This document shows, piece after piece, positions 26,302-39,849 of a DNA stretch of 64,000 bases. Numbering within the stretch: position 1 is the first letter of the stretch; the number at the start of each line of letters is the position of its first letter. Made by a program: the position numbers and the translations under genes. The notes under the pieces are model-generated. The model worked only from the letters and a program-made list of their open reading frames with translations. It was not told the origin of the DNA and made no database searches. Origin of the DNA: the human T2T-CHM13v2.0 reference genome, Homo sapiens; the NCBI RefSeq assembly GCF_009914755.1, contig NC_060931.1; one strand, written 5' to 3'.

Positions 26302-27493
26302 GGAACCTTATTACTAAATCCCCACCATACATGCAGCTACTTTTTGATGTTCTATGTTATATTCACATGCTTTCAGAAACAAATCCAGTCTTTCACAGTA
26401 TGGTGTCTACTGGTACTGCTGTTACGTCTGGAAGATATCACCTTATCACCTGAGTAGTACACAGCAGACCCTGTCATGCCAGGTTTCCATTTTTTAACCT
26501 GATACTGCTCTTATGCATTTGGTCCTGCTTCTGCTTCTGCTTCTGCACTGCCAACAGGCCCTTGAGATACCAAAAGTATTCAGTGATAAAAATGGAGGAA
26601 ATTTCTTTGTCTTCCCTTTCCACTTTTCGTTAACCAAAACAATGAGCTCATAATCCTTTGTACCCACTTTGTCTTTTCCTCTCAGTTAGGAAAATTACTC
26701 TATCTTTCCTTCCATTATTTACCTGCAGCTCTTTGTGTCCCACAAGGACAAAATCATGAGGCAATAAGGCAACAACTTCTCAGTAATTATCCAGCCACAT
26801 TCCACAATGTTTCTATCTTGTAACAACTAGGATTTTACAGCCCGGTAAAGTTTGTCTGGCTCCATTTTCATTCAGATGAATTCCTGGCTGTCTGCCTTCA
26901 GTAATTCAGCAGATATATTCAGACATTTCTGAACTTCAACAGTAAATATTATTTAGGCTTAAGATGGTAGCTTTGAGCAGGTTTGATATAAAATTTTAGA
27001 GAAAAGCATAGGCATCATCTTAAGGCCAGAAATGCTAAAAGAACGTAATTAAGGAGTGTAGACAGATTCTATAAGACAAATATCTTTGTACAGTCATAGT
27101 GATGAAAAAATGGGGTGATCTAACAAGTTAGTGGATTTATATAAGGTATTTTCCAATTATATCAGATTTATAAAATACGTGAATGTAAGTTGGAAAAATT
27201 GATAAAGAAAATCTCAAAAAGCCACACATTTGTACACATATAGTTTTAGTCATGGGTCAGTGTCAGGAAGAAAAAATTTCAAAGTAAATGGTTTTCAAAT
27301 ATATCATATGGTGATTTTAAACTTATGTTTAGAAAAAGGGGAGGAACTATTATAATACAGGACAAACCCATTCCATGTGAGAAATGGTTACCTGGTAGGT
27401 GATAAGATCTTCCAAAAGGTGACAACTATAAGACTAGGAGCAGTTGCCCTCTCTTTTCCAGGTCAGGGAAGGTTCAATTCGATAGAGACTTAC

Positions 27494-27615
27494 TTGCAGG
27501 GAAAGCATAAGTGAGAATGCATTAAGCCACTTGTGACGAATACAGAAAGGAATATTGGCAGAAGAAATAAATGGTTGCCACAGAGGCAGTCTCCGCCATT
27601 CTTCACCAGAAGAAT
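27494..27615 (-). other. Candidate 122-bp internal exon (likely non-coding transcript)
   Basis: Minus strand: CCCTTCCTTTGTCTTTTCTTTTCAG| acceptor and CAA|GTAAGT donor in apparently non-repeat sequence. Confidence 0.4.
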
Positions 27616-29149
27616 CTGAAAAGAAAAGACAAAGGAAGGGATTTTACTAAGGATAAATGGTTTTCTTGAGACATCAGGAGGAGGTTCAATAGGGAACAGA
27701 AGGAGAGTGATGCAGACACTGCATGCTAAGCCATACTCTTTATTTTCTGTTTTGCCCAAAGTCAGAAGACAATGATTTTGCTCAAGGTTGGCGCTTCTTA
27801 TGTCTCTGCATGCATATTGGTATGTGTGTGGGTGTTCATTGTATTTAACCATTGTCTTCCATAATTTATTGTCAATTCCATGAGAGAAGGTACTATGTGA
27901 TTTTTTTCCACCTCCAAACTTAGATACAAGTCCTTGATATCTCAGAGGTGCTCAGAGAATATCTCAGCAAATGCATGAGTATTAGCCAGATGCTGGCTTA
28001 TAAACTCCAACTAGGAAATGCACATAACAGCTGCTTGAGAGGGCATAACTTCCAATGGAGAGAATGCACTTTTTGTCTGTTTCAGTCTTCTCTAGCAGAA
28101 AAAAAAAGGAAGATTAGAAAAATGTTGATTAATTCCAAATCATAGGAATCTGGATTAAAATGGCATCTGAGTTGAGGAGCCTGAAGGGGACTCTCTGAAC
28201 TGACTCTAATAGCAAAATATATAGAGAAGAAAGAAAATCTCACACCACTCACAGAAACTCAGAATGACAGTCAAGTTGTGGCTGCACAGCAGGAAGATTT
28301 ACCAGTAAATCCAAGATCATTAGGACCGGGTTGAAAAATTATAGTTGAAGATTCACTTGTGCTCTCCTGTTCAAAGCAGCAATCTCAATCATTGCTTGGA
28401 GGTTGCTAAATAATATACCTTTTTTTCTCTTTCTAATTGCTATCTCAGAATTACAGGGGCCGTAATTTTACTGGCCATAAATTTGATAGCTACTTGAATG
28501 TCTATTTTATAAAGTACAGACCTTCTGAAGTAGCTGAAAGATTTTTTCTGCCTTTCTCACGTCATTGTGCTTTAAGCACCTTTAAGAAATAGAACATCTA
28601 ATCTTCTAGAAAGAAACAATATTAGAGGTAAGGTACATAGGCTTCATTGCATACTGGGAAGATAAATCCTCTTACAGGTTAAAGAAAAAATGTTCCCAGA
28701 ACACATTGTATATGGTGGTTTGGTTTCATTGTAATATTCCATCTTTTGGGAGTTCCTGACAGCCAGACAGTGACCATTGTAGAGATTTTCTCCTTAGTCA
28801 AGTGGGCGAACACTGTATGAATGCCTGCTGGATGTTGAGCTATTTGCGAGTTGCAATTTGTCCTTCAGAAGTTTGTCTGAGAAGAGGGTCCAGCTACTGT
28901 ACAAGACAGATAATTAGTCATGTAACTGGAAAATTGTGAATCTGGACAAATCTTTTTTTATTTTAAGATATGTCTCAATAAAATCATATTAAACAGAAGA
29001 CATTTATAATACAGGGAGATAAAACACTGAAAACAATATATATTTGAGTCTGGGTAAAATTGTACAAAACAGTGTGTAGAATTGCTGATAAAATGCAACA
29101 CAATGTGGAATCCTTTCCTGTGCTCCCCCTACCCTTGCAAAAGACACTA

Positions 29150-30870
29150 AGTTAAACAAAAAGTAAACAGAATGTATGAAAAACTATAGAATAAAATGAA
29201 AAGGAAGTTGAGGTGAAATTATAAGAATTTCAAGAAAATTGTAACTACAATAGCAGAATCAGAATATTTATCAGAATAGGTAGTTAGGCACTGAACAAAT
29301 AAATTCATATATTATATAACAGAATTGACAAAGTTTTGAAAATAATTACAAAGGATGTGTAAGAAAATTTACACTAACAAAAGAAAATTGGATTTATGAT
29401 CCAATTATATATATTTTGAGGAACGAACTAACATAATAAAATCAATAACCAAAGATATAGTTAAATGTATTTTAGATTCTGAGAATAGAGAAAGAGGAAT
29501 AAAAATTATCAGGCAATATCAGTAAAAAGAAGACCTATAACTAGGCACATGCTACCAAATTTCTGAAATCTAAACATAAAGATAAAAAGCAATCCAAGCA
29601 CAGCAGATTGAAACTTTCCATGAAACAACAACAACATCAATTTTAAAATAACAGGTTTTATCACTGGAGGGTTGGGTTTGAGTGCTCCAATTCTTTTACT
29701 GTATTTATTTTTCCATGTTTTTTACTTTCCCACGTTTGTCATGTGTTACTTCTAAAGTAATGTAAAGTCACAATACAGTGCAATTGATATATATCATGCT
29801 GTATGTGTCAATGCTGAAACTGTGTATGTTTTGAGTAGCTATGTTTATCTCTTGTTGTACACCAAAATATTAATCATGACTATAATTTAGTAGTAAAATA
29901 TTTATGTTCATTTTTGTTTTTGTAAAGAATCATATAATTTTATTATCTAAAAAGAAAGCTTATTTTTTAAGTATGAAATGCCTCTCTTTACATAAAAATA
30001 TATTATGAATGATTATAAATGTAATTGAAAAAAAACAAAATCTTAGGAAAAGATGGAGACTATAAGTGTACTCTAGTCTTGGGAAATAACTTCTTAACCA
30101 AAACAAGACAACTGAAGCCATACAAAATATTTGTTTTTAATGTTTAAAAATGCAAATGGATATATTTGACTACATAAAATTATATTTTTGGTATCAAAAA
30201 TATCCTTAACAAAGTATATAGATAAATATTAGATATGAAAAATAGTTTCTAGCAAGATGACAAATATTTAATAGTAATAACATACAAAGAACCCTTATAA
30301 ATTGTCAAAAGTGACAAATAGCTCAATAGAAAAAAGTAAGTAAAGGGTATGATTATACAATTTATAAAATAACACATCTGAATATACAATAAACACATAA
30401 AAATGCTCAAATTCAGTTTTTCTCAGCAAAATACAATTTAAAGTAACAAGGAGTACCAGACTGGCAAATGTTTGAGAGAATGATAATACCTTTTTGCTAG
30501 CAGGATATAGGATAAATGATTTATCTTGTCATGTATTGCTAATATAAATGTAAATTTTAGCAGGATTTTCTAAGAGGAATTCAGCAGCATCCGTTAAAAT
30601 ATGAGACTTGGTTTAGCAATTCTATTGCTGGGTATATATGTAATTATAGTAAACATTTTTATATGTAATGACATTTAAACAAAGTGGCATTGTACACACT
30701 GGCAAAGGAAAAAACAAGAAAAGAAAAGAGCTAAATTCCCTCAATCAGGGAAAGGCTGAGTAAATTATGGTAAACCCAAATCAGAAATATCAGACAGCCA
30801 TTATGAATTAGTTAAAACAATGCTAGTTGACTGGGAGGAGTTTTATGATGATGGTTGAGAAAAGCAAGAA
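29150..30870 (+). mobile_element. Ancient L1M (L1ME-like) fragments
   Basis: A-rich; ATATTTGACTACATAAAA, AAACACATAAAAATGCTCAA and TTAGCAATTCTATTGCTGGGTATAT are ORF2 3' motifs. Confidence 0.6.
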
Positions 30871-31499
30871 GCAAAAGAAGGGAAAATGTGGTTTATATTT
30901 TGTAAAATCAACTGATAATATGATTTTCCTTATTTATATGCTTTTATTTTGCTCATACAATTATACACGGAAATGTGTGACATGGGTTACATGCAAACTG
31001 AGACAAAGATAACACAAAGGATAGAGAATGGCAAGAAAAATAGTAAGTCTTAAAATTCTAGGCATTGCTCCAAGTGCTGGAGATGCAAAGGTGAATCAAA
31101 CCTAGTCTTTCTCTTAAGAAACTTATAGCTCAGAGAGGGTAAGAGTTGGTCAGCAAAGTGTGTGGATCACAAGGCATATTCTGATAAAACATTTCTAATG
31201 TGAGATCAGCCACCCAGGAGAAGTGTGGGCAGGACATTTTAAAAGGAAGTCGAATGCAGCATCAGAAATTTCCCAGTATCTTGGGGGAAAATCGGTTAGC
31301 TAGCACTTTCCAGACAATGTGTATCCAGTAGGAGAGAGTAGTTGGAAGACAGCTCAGAGAGAGAAATAAGACTCAGTGTTTTAACAGGTGAACAAGCATG
31401 CTCATGTGAGTGAGGCTAATGAGTTGAGGATCAAGGTGAGATTTGTCCTGTTGTTGGCATAAATATCCTTTGGAGTAGGGATGGATAGGACTTAAAAGA

Positions 31500-33349
31500 T
31501 TGTTTAGCATGGTAGGGAGAAGACACTCCAACTTTAAAGTTCTTCAACAGGTCAAATTGGTTTACAGATTTAGAAAAATCAGGGAAGTTATTGAATACTG
31601 GATAGTACATATTACAATTCTAGCGTTATTTTTCAGGTATGCAAGGCTTACACAATTTTTTTTGCAGGGCCTCTGTCTATATAAACAATTTGATTAAAAT
31701 TACAAAATTTACAGGCCCATGGGTGGTACAGTGAGCTATCAAAAATGCACATACACCTTTGTGTATCGTCCTATCTGCCTCTGAGGATTCTTTGTAGTGA
31801 CCAGACACCATTGCTTCTTTTCCAAGTTCTGGAATGCTGTTTTCATGCTTCATATTGTTGAATGCATCATTCCTCACTAATTTCACATCTGTCACTGACA
31901 GAAAAAGGTAGGAATGCCATTCATATTCAAATTGGTTTGGCTGAATTATAAGAATTGTATGAAAACAATATGGATGTTCTTGCTTCTGCCATTCCCTAAT
32001 ACCATTTATATAATGCTGGATATATTGTTACAAATGATGCTGCATCTTCCATTGTGTAACCCATGATTGCTAGTTTCCAATGACTTACTCAAAGGTTGTT
32101 ACTATGATTAATTGTTCCTAATTACAAAGATAAATACTATCCAAAGTATGTAGGAAAATGTGAATAAGAATTCATTTTCTGGTCATGTTAACTTTGTGAT
32201 TTGAAGCATGAAATAACACATTTCCAACCATATCTTTTCTTCAACTTTCCAGCCTGTAATTGCTACATTCCTAGAATGTTGTCTATAGCCCTAACTTCCA
32301 CACACTGTCACTAGTAGGAAGAAAAGACAAGGACCCAGTGTTCAAAGCAAGAAGAATGACCTCATTCATATAAGGAATTCATGTAAAGAATCCCTCAAAT
32401 AGCGTGGCTTAAGCCTGACTCAGGAGAGCACCATATCACCACACTGATTAGACAGAGAGAAATCAATAAGAAGGGTACTTTGGCACTTCAGAGTAAGTTT
32501 CTCATAAGCCCTCTGAGGAATTAGGTGCCATATCCCTGAGAGATTGCCTAGAACATGGTGCCGAACTGGTAGAGGGTGTGGGTGGTCTCCCTGGGTACTG
32601 ATGGGGATGGTCCCAAGAGTAAATATTGGCTACTGCCATCCCTGTTTCCTTCAGATGCTGTAGGCATGAGGCAGAACTGAGACCAACAAAGAAGAGTGAA
32701 AGTCCATGCAGGGACCCACTCATGAGGCTCATACTCAAGAGCTGACAATACATCACTGGCAGCCCAAAGCCCTGAACGTGTTGTACCTTCTTCTTTGGGT
32801 AAAAGTGATCTAAAACAAGTGTGTCAGCATCATTCTGGTGGCCCCATCTCACACCATGCCATGAAAGAAACACCATACCAGCCAGCGAGCACAGATCACC
32901 CTTGTGGAACTGGGATCCAGCCATAGGGCCCCAGGAGGACTCCACTGGCCCCAGTCTTGGAGGTCATTACGGCATCTGGTCAATACCAAAAACTAGGTAG
33001 AGGGTCAAAGAATATCTGGAAGGGGAGAAAAAGGAGATTGCAGCTCACACAACTCCTGGTGTGGACTCATGGTACCCCACCTGGCAAGGACTACTAGCCT
33101 TAGCAGGTTCCAGTTACTTGAGTGGAACCAAGGAAATGTCAAGCTTGATGCTTCCAGTGATGGACACTGTCAATGGCCGAGGTCTGGGCTCTAAGTGTGC
33201 TGCCAAGAAAACACTGCTGTCCCTGGTTAGTCCAAGGCCCAGGAGAGTGCCTTAGAACATTTTCAGGAAGGCATTCCAAAATGTGTGGACATCTGAAGCA
33301 TGGGGTCTCAGAGCAGGGGGACCCTAGCCCAGGTCTAAGGATGATACTG
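31500..33349 (-). mobile_element. Zaphod/MER115-like hAT-Tip100 DNA transposon remnant
   Basis: Minus-strand terminus CAGTATCATCCTTAGACCTGGGC; GC-rich subterminal region; ORF 31677-31895 has MVSGHYK...AHCTTH...NFV, similar to the hAT 'MSG...CxxH' region. Confidence 0.55.
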
Positions 33350-33399
33350 AGAGAGACTGCTATTAGTTTATCCAAACCTATTTCCCTTATTTCAAGTCA

Positions 33400-33705
33400 G
33401 ACAGTCAAATCATATTTTCAAGGCTTCCTTGAAGTTGAGTTCTAGCTAGTAAAATGTGGACAGAAGTGATTTATGTCATTTTCCCAACCTAACTCATAAA
33501 CACTTCCTATATAACCTTCTCCTCTCTTTTCCCTTGCTTTATTGGAAGTATATCAATACACAGGGTAACCTGTCTATATACTAAAGATAGTCTTTCCACC
33601 CCAGAGTCCTTCCTCCTCACCACAGTTTGAGTAATGAATGCACTTCTATTGCCTTAGACCACTGAGATTTCAGGGCCTCGCTGTTATAGAAGATAAACTA
33701 ATACA
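33400..33705 (+). mobile_element. MLT1-type MaLR LTR
   Basis: AAAATGTGGACAGAAGTGAT...CCACTGAGATTTCAGGG...ACTAATACA. Confidence 0.65.
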
Positions 33706-33743
33706 TTAGAATTTTAAGACTGTATATTTCTGTCAGAATTCTT

Positions 33744-33908
33744 TTTTTCAGTTATGTTTATTTTTATTTTTCTTTATTTTTTTATTTCCATAGGACTTTG
33801 GGGAACAGGTGGTTACATGGGTAAGTTCTTTAGTGGTTATTTGTGAGACTTTGGTGCACCCATCACCCAAGCAGTTTACACTGAACCCAATTTGCAGTTT
33901 TTTATTTA
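33744..33908 (-). mobile_element. Severely 5'-truncated L1PB insertion (~165 bp)
   Basis: L1PB 3' end (TTGGTGCACCCATCACC); 13-bp TSD TGTCAGAATTCTT (33731-33743; 33909-33921). Confidence 0.88.
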
Positions 33909-34324
33909 TGTCAGAATTCTTAAAGCTATAATAAAAATATGGCATGTGAAATAATTTAGAAAAGAGAATTTTTGCCACTAAGGGCGAACATATGTTTGCT
34001 GAGCATTTTGCCCTAAAATTAGATGTAGATGATAACATCAATAACTTGGGACGTAAGAGAAATAACTTATGTTCCAGTTTATCTTAGTTTCAGCAAAGAA
34101 ATTGGCCATGTCTCTCACAGATCCCTTTAAGCTCTGTACTTAATATTATAAGGGTGATGTGTAATGGACTGTGTCAACCTGAAAGGAAATGTTAGTAAAA
34201 TTCCACAAAGCTCCATTATTCACAATATCTGATTCCTCATTTTCAGTAGTAGCTTAAAGATAGATGAGATCATTATCTAATGTATAGATGATGAGAACCA
34301 GAAAGAGATAATATGATATGCCAC

Positions 34325-34600
34325 AATCAGGATTCAAAATGATAGACTAAAAGATGGGCTGAAGCAAAGAAAATGAAATTTAGCAAAAATAAAAATAGGA
34401 CACTAAATTTAGTTTTAATGTAAATTACCTTTATAAGATAGATACAACTTATTTAAAAGGACAAAAATGAGGGCATTTCAGAAGGAAGTGGCATTTCTTC
34501 AAAATTCACAACTTGCCAGGTATACCACCAAAATGATTCTATAGTTGTTCCTAAGAACTGGCCCAGATAAAGAATAGAAGAACAGATATATCTGGAATCC
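34325..34600 (+). mobile_element. L3/CR1 fragment (continues ~35700-35990)
   Basis: GGATTCAAAATGAT...GATGGGCTGAAGCAAAGAAAATGAAATTT encodes IQND..WAE...MKF, the CR1 RT C-terminus. Confidence 0.6.
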
Positions 34601-34606
34601 TTACAA

Positions 34607-35301
34607 CAGTGCTTCTCAGTGGAGATGTTTTGAAAATTTATGGGTGTATTTTTTTAAATTGTCTTAATGCTTTTTGTACTGTGAGTATTACTGGCTAGCA
34701 ATGCTAAACATTGCACAAACTAGGACAAATTCCAGAGAACCCTTCTACAATATTTGTGAACTTGAAATGTCCTGAAGAATATTATTATAGGTAAAAATCG
34801 TTTATGATCATCTGAGTTTAGCATGTGACTTCATGCAACATAAAATCTTGAGGTATTTTTGCAAGATATTAATTTGTTGAATTTCCCAGGGATACAACTA
34901 TGTATGAAATGGTAGATTATACTTTAGGTTTTGTTTAGGACTTTACCAGGAGCTATTTATAATTTCAGAAAATTATGTTACTGCTATATCATTTACACCT
35001 TTATCGGCCTATGTTTGAGGTTGATGCATTAATGGACATTTTATGTATAAGTGTAATCATCTATTTTATTTACTATGCACACCATTGTACCCTTGTGCAA
35101 ACATTTATATATTGAAGTATGTGTTACATGTTACCTTTTAAAAACGTCTCGTTTATATTACATGTAGGATATTATATTGATTTTTTGAAGTTATTAGGTT
35201 GGGTAAATTTCTACTAATGCATCTTGAAGATAGTAAAGACAGCATAGCAAAATATTTATTATAAAAAGAGGTGTCATGTCACATAGATTTGAAAAATATT
35301 G
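34607..35301 (+). mobile_element. MER20B-like hAT-Charlie element
   Basis: CAGTGCTTCTCA ... TTGAAAAATATTG degenerate TIRs; GTTTTGAAAATTTTATGGG and ATGCTAAACAT motifs. Confidence 0.55.
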
Positions 35302-35459
35302 CCATAAATATCTGCATCTCGCTTACAAAATATTTAATTTCCTCTAGAATTTAGAATTCTAATAGACCTAGTGGCATGTGATATGATAATAAGGAACCCA
35401 GAATACAGGGCATTTAGAAAAATGACAGCTATCTGGGCATGAAGAGAATGAGAAAGAAA

Positions 35460-35697
35460 AATTTATTGAAGATATATTATAGACCAAATGCCACACTTAT
35501 TTACTGTCCTTAATTTGCATTACTTACTTTAATGTTCACAATAACCTGTTTAGGTAGATGTTATTTCCACATTTGAAACTGAGGAAACAGACTCAGAACA
35601 TTTAAATAACTATTGTAAAAGCAAAAACTGTTTTGTTGTGAATATAGAATTCAAACCCAACTTTATTTCACTTCAAAGCCCAATCTCTTAACCACTG
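35460..35697 (-). mobile_element. MIR
   Basis: TCACAATAACCTGTTTAGGTAG...TGAGGAAACAGACTCAGA...ATTCAAACCC. Confidence 0.75.
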
Positions 35698-38600
35698 TAG
35701 AAGAGAAGATTCACAGGAAAATCGCTGTCTTCAGTTACAAAAAGAGCTGATCTCCAAAAGGAATAGGTTTCACCTGGGCCATTCCAGAGGTTCTATAGCT
35801 CAGAATAAAGAAAAGTTGTTAAACACAGGTAGATTTTAGCTCATTTTAAATAACTATCTGAATTGGTTATCCCTCAACAGAATCGACTGCCCCAGGCAGG
35901 AGGTGCTGACCAAAAAGGATAATGACAACTAAAAACAGTATTGATTATCACTGAAAAAGGATTTTCTGCATTTGGGTGAGATATTTGGTCCAGATGTTAA
36001 CTCACTCATAACATTAACATTTAGTGACTTTTTCATTATTTAGTTGAATCTTTCACTTGGACTTCCCTTCCACACCACTCTGGCATGTGATCATGGAGCC
36101 ACTAGACTTATCACAATTCAAATAATGAGACACCTACTATTTCTTGAATATTCTTGTCTTTACTTAAAGTATGTAACTTTCCAATATTTTATTTGTCTTT
36201 GAATAAAAACTTAAATTCATTTTGAAGCAGTAGGAAAACATGTTTCCCCAAAGAGTTTATGTCATTACGAGACAGCACAAAGGATCAGATAGATTTTTCT
36301 TACATTGAACTTCTTTTTTCCATTTGTTGGGTTTTAAAATATTTAAAGCTGGTGATCATGTTTTTGTATAGTTTTTGATAGTGAACCATTGCTCATTTGA
36401 CCTGGCTTCCTATTTGTTGGCCAGCCTCTCTGGTGATACTTTAATTAAAAAACTTCTTTTATGGCATGGACACCAGAATGAAATGCAATTGTGCATACCA
36501 TCTTCATAGAGAGGCCAGTGAGCTAATTAGCTCGGTCAGTATCTTGCCAGTCTTTCAGGAAATCTAGGAAACCTAAGGGGTTAAAACTCTGAAGTATAAG
36601 AAAAAATCAATTACACCAAATCAAGTACACGATACTGACTGGTATGTTTGCAACCTCCTTGTGATGATGTTCCATGATTTTTTTTTGTCTAACACAGCTG
36701 CACAAGTCTTTGGCAGATGAAGATGAGCTTTTTCCCTAGGTGGATCAGAACATGAACTTAAAAAGGTCTTTTCAACTCCTGGGGGATCACCTAGAGTCAT
36801 GTCTTACAACTATAGTGCTAAAAGCAAATATAAGAAATACATTTTTGTTAAAAGAGTTAGTGATGGATTGCCATTAGGCTGCCTGGAACACTGGTCTGGA
36901 GACTTGACCCCAGCATCCTCAGATTGTATATTTCACAGCCTTGAACCTTGTTGACATTTTCTTGTTTGACTATTTACATGTTGCTTCTTGATTGCTTCCA
37001 CTGTGCTACATAATAACATGGAAAGGAATGTAAACTTCCTTTCAGTTAAACATAGATATAAGCCATATGAAGGACATTAAGCAGCACAGATCACTCATTT
37101 GGAAAATGAGTGAGAGATTAAGCAGTACATATCTCTCACTCTCGAGTTGTAGGCCATATATTCAGATTTAAAAAGTCACCAGCATCTTGAGTTCCTAACT
37201 TCTACGGCCACTCTAAAAATCAATGGAACATGCCATAATGTTCAGGGATAGTGGCTGTTCTCTGACAGAATTGGAAGCAATTATGCTTGTATAACTGAAT
37301 ATTTCTAGAACTTAATTATTTCAATAGTAATATATGATGGCCTAAGAAGATAAGATAATTGTAGAGGCTGTAGATACCTCTGATCATTTATTATATTCCC
37401 ATCATTCAAGGTCCAGTATGTTAAAATTGTTTGCCAAGGTCACACAACTAATTATTAATACAGATTGACTTAAAAATGACACCTACATACAGCTAGCCTG
37501 AATCTTCTTCCATAATTCCATATAATTATGAGATGCTAGAGTGCAGGATTCACATGCTAGTCTTTCTATGCTTTATATATCTAGCAGGATGCCTTAAACT
37601 CTAAAAGACTGTGATATGTATGTGTCGAATTGAATAGACATCACATACTTTCCCCTGACCTAAGCTTTGTCTTCCCAACGGGCCTCCCTTAACTTCACTC
37701 TGTTCTTTGGCTGTTTGTTCCCATGAGTAAAGTTAGCCTTATAGAAAGGCACTGTTAAAATCCCAACAGAGAGTACAATGAAGCCCTTGGAGGGATTCCT
37801 CTCATTATTATTATAACATGGATTTATTAGTCTTTTAGTTAATGGAGCACAATAAATGTTGCAAGATATATAAGCCTTGCTTGAAGACTAAAATACATTA
37901 TTATTTCTGACAGGCAGTTTAGGTCAAGGTGCATGCAGGCAGTAGAAGAGTGGACCATTTATAGAAACGGTTGGGGTTTAGGTGGGGTAATAAAATAATT
38001 TATGCACAAAATGAGATACTTTTTGAGATAAAAGGGTATGAACTAACAGGTATGAACTATACTGCCTCATAAAAGAGATATATTATCATGCCAGGCAGGT
38101 ATGAGGGGATCTCAGGCCCTTGACACTACATAAAGTTTGTGTCCCAAAGGCCGCCCTAGGGAAGTGACTCATGGTTCTGAGGGCTTGAAATGCTCAGAAA
38201 AACTGATTTAGGCAATGAAAAATTTACTTAATCCACAATCTTGCCCACTTTGGATTTTCAAAGCCAGATCTCTCTTGGAGGAAAAAAAAAAACAAAAAAA
38301 CAAAAAAAAAAAACAGGTACGCTAAATAGCATAGCACCATTTTGCTTGCGTCCATAAATATAAATATCAGAGCAAACTCTATTTGAGCTTCAACCTCCAA
38401 CCTACTTGCAAATGATGTCATTATGCAGACCTAGCTTTGGCACGAAGACTTAATTAGTATTCAGTCTGACAGAAAACCATTTCATTTAATTCCACTGGCT
38501 GAGATCCAACCAGCAGTATCTATATGACAGCATACGAAACAGGCACTTAGGGTAAAAGCAGGCTTGGCATTAGTATGCTGAGCAGTGACCTGGAACGGGA

Positions 38601-38989
38601 GCAGGGACAGAGCAAGTTTGGAAGGAGCAAAGAAGCAGAGGGAGCTGTCATTCCAGTTCAAAACCCCTCTGAGTTTGTGTTTTAGATACAAAGAATGAGG
38701 TTTATTTAATACAGATTCTTAAGCCCTGTTAGTCATGCTGTCTGACAAATTTAGGAACGTAGTCATGATTAACTTTTAACCTGAAAAAATTAAAAAAAAA
38801 TCCTCCCAGGAATTTACCTGGAATGAGAATCTGATCCCACATATTAAATGTCTTATGCAATATGAACCGAAAGCTGTATGCCGTTTTTTAAAAAACATGC
38901 TAATTCTATCTCCATGAGCTGAGTATTTTGATTGAGCTAAGAAATGCCTGTGAAAAGTACTTAATTGACTTAGAGATTACAATTAGCCA

Positions 38990-39425
38990 GTGATGACATT
39001 TAGTGCTCCAGATCCATTCTCCACTCTTCTCTTTCTCATTCTATGCTGAGAGAATGACCCGTACAGACTCCACAGGACTATATCCCTAGTCCTGTGGCTT
39101 CTGGTTGGATTTTCTCAATGGGAGACACCAAAAAGAGGTCTGGAGGCTATAGGGAAGAGTGACTGTGGGTTCCTTGTCTTCTACCAAGATCCACAGTTCC
39201 TCTTAGGTGGCACTTTCTATAGAGGACTCTCTCTGAGTTATTGCTCCTGTCCGTTATCTTTTTCAGGTCTTAGGGTAGCCCCCTGATCTCAGTAAGCCTG
39301 GGATGCTGCATCATTGCATTTTCCCCCACAAACCTTGACCGTGTCTTTGAAAATGGGCCTTTATTAATATCACTTTAAATTGTCTAGCTTTAGTTTGTCA
39401 TCTGTTTTCTGCTATAACTGACAAT
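38990..39425 (+). mobile_element. LTR33-like ERVL solo LTR
   Basis: CTCCAGATCCATTCTCCAC...TGGCTTCTGGTTGG...CAATGGGAGACACC...CATCTGTTTTCTGC. Confidence 0.65.
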
Positions 39426-39849
39426 TAAAACTTCTGACATTACTGGAAAGAAGTCAGAATCATCCACAGGAAGAAAACAAAATGTAAGCAGAGAAGGCCA
39501 GGAGACTGTTGCTTCACAGGAATGGAAAGCAGTAGAATTAATTGATGAGATTATGAATGGAAAGGAGGCTCAGATATCAGAGATTGGTTTGATAATTCAT
39601 CCTCTTGAAATGTGGTCAATAATGTTTCTATTATTTCTTCATTAGTAGAGTGCATGCTTTGATGATTGTTACATAAATGAGGACAAACTTATACTTTTTA
39701 AAAAATTATGATTATAGAGTTTATGGCCATAATAGTTTTTACTGGTCAATATGAGAAGCTTTCCATAATTGTCTCACTAACATCCTTTTCAAATTCTATA
39801 TCCCAGTGTTATCATCCTTATCTGAGGTTGATACTTCAGCCATCATACA

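Noticed and set aside
32502-33445. GC-rich ORF cluster as a processed pseudogene
   Set aside because: No recognisable protein, poly-A or TSD; better explained as hAT-Tip100 subterminal sequence
33972-38165. CTCF-like motifs (GCCACTAAGGGCG; GCCGCCCTAGGG)
   Set aside because: Spacing and core mismatches to the CTCF consensus
38222-38315. Minus-strand exon after a poly-T tract
   Set aside because: Weak AAG/GAG acceptor and GTAAAT donor; the tract looks like a simple A-rich repeat
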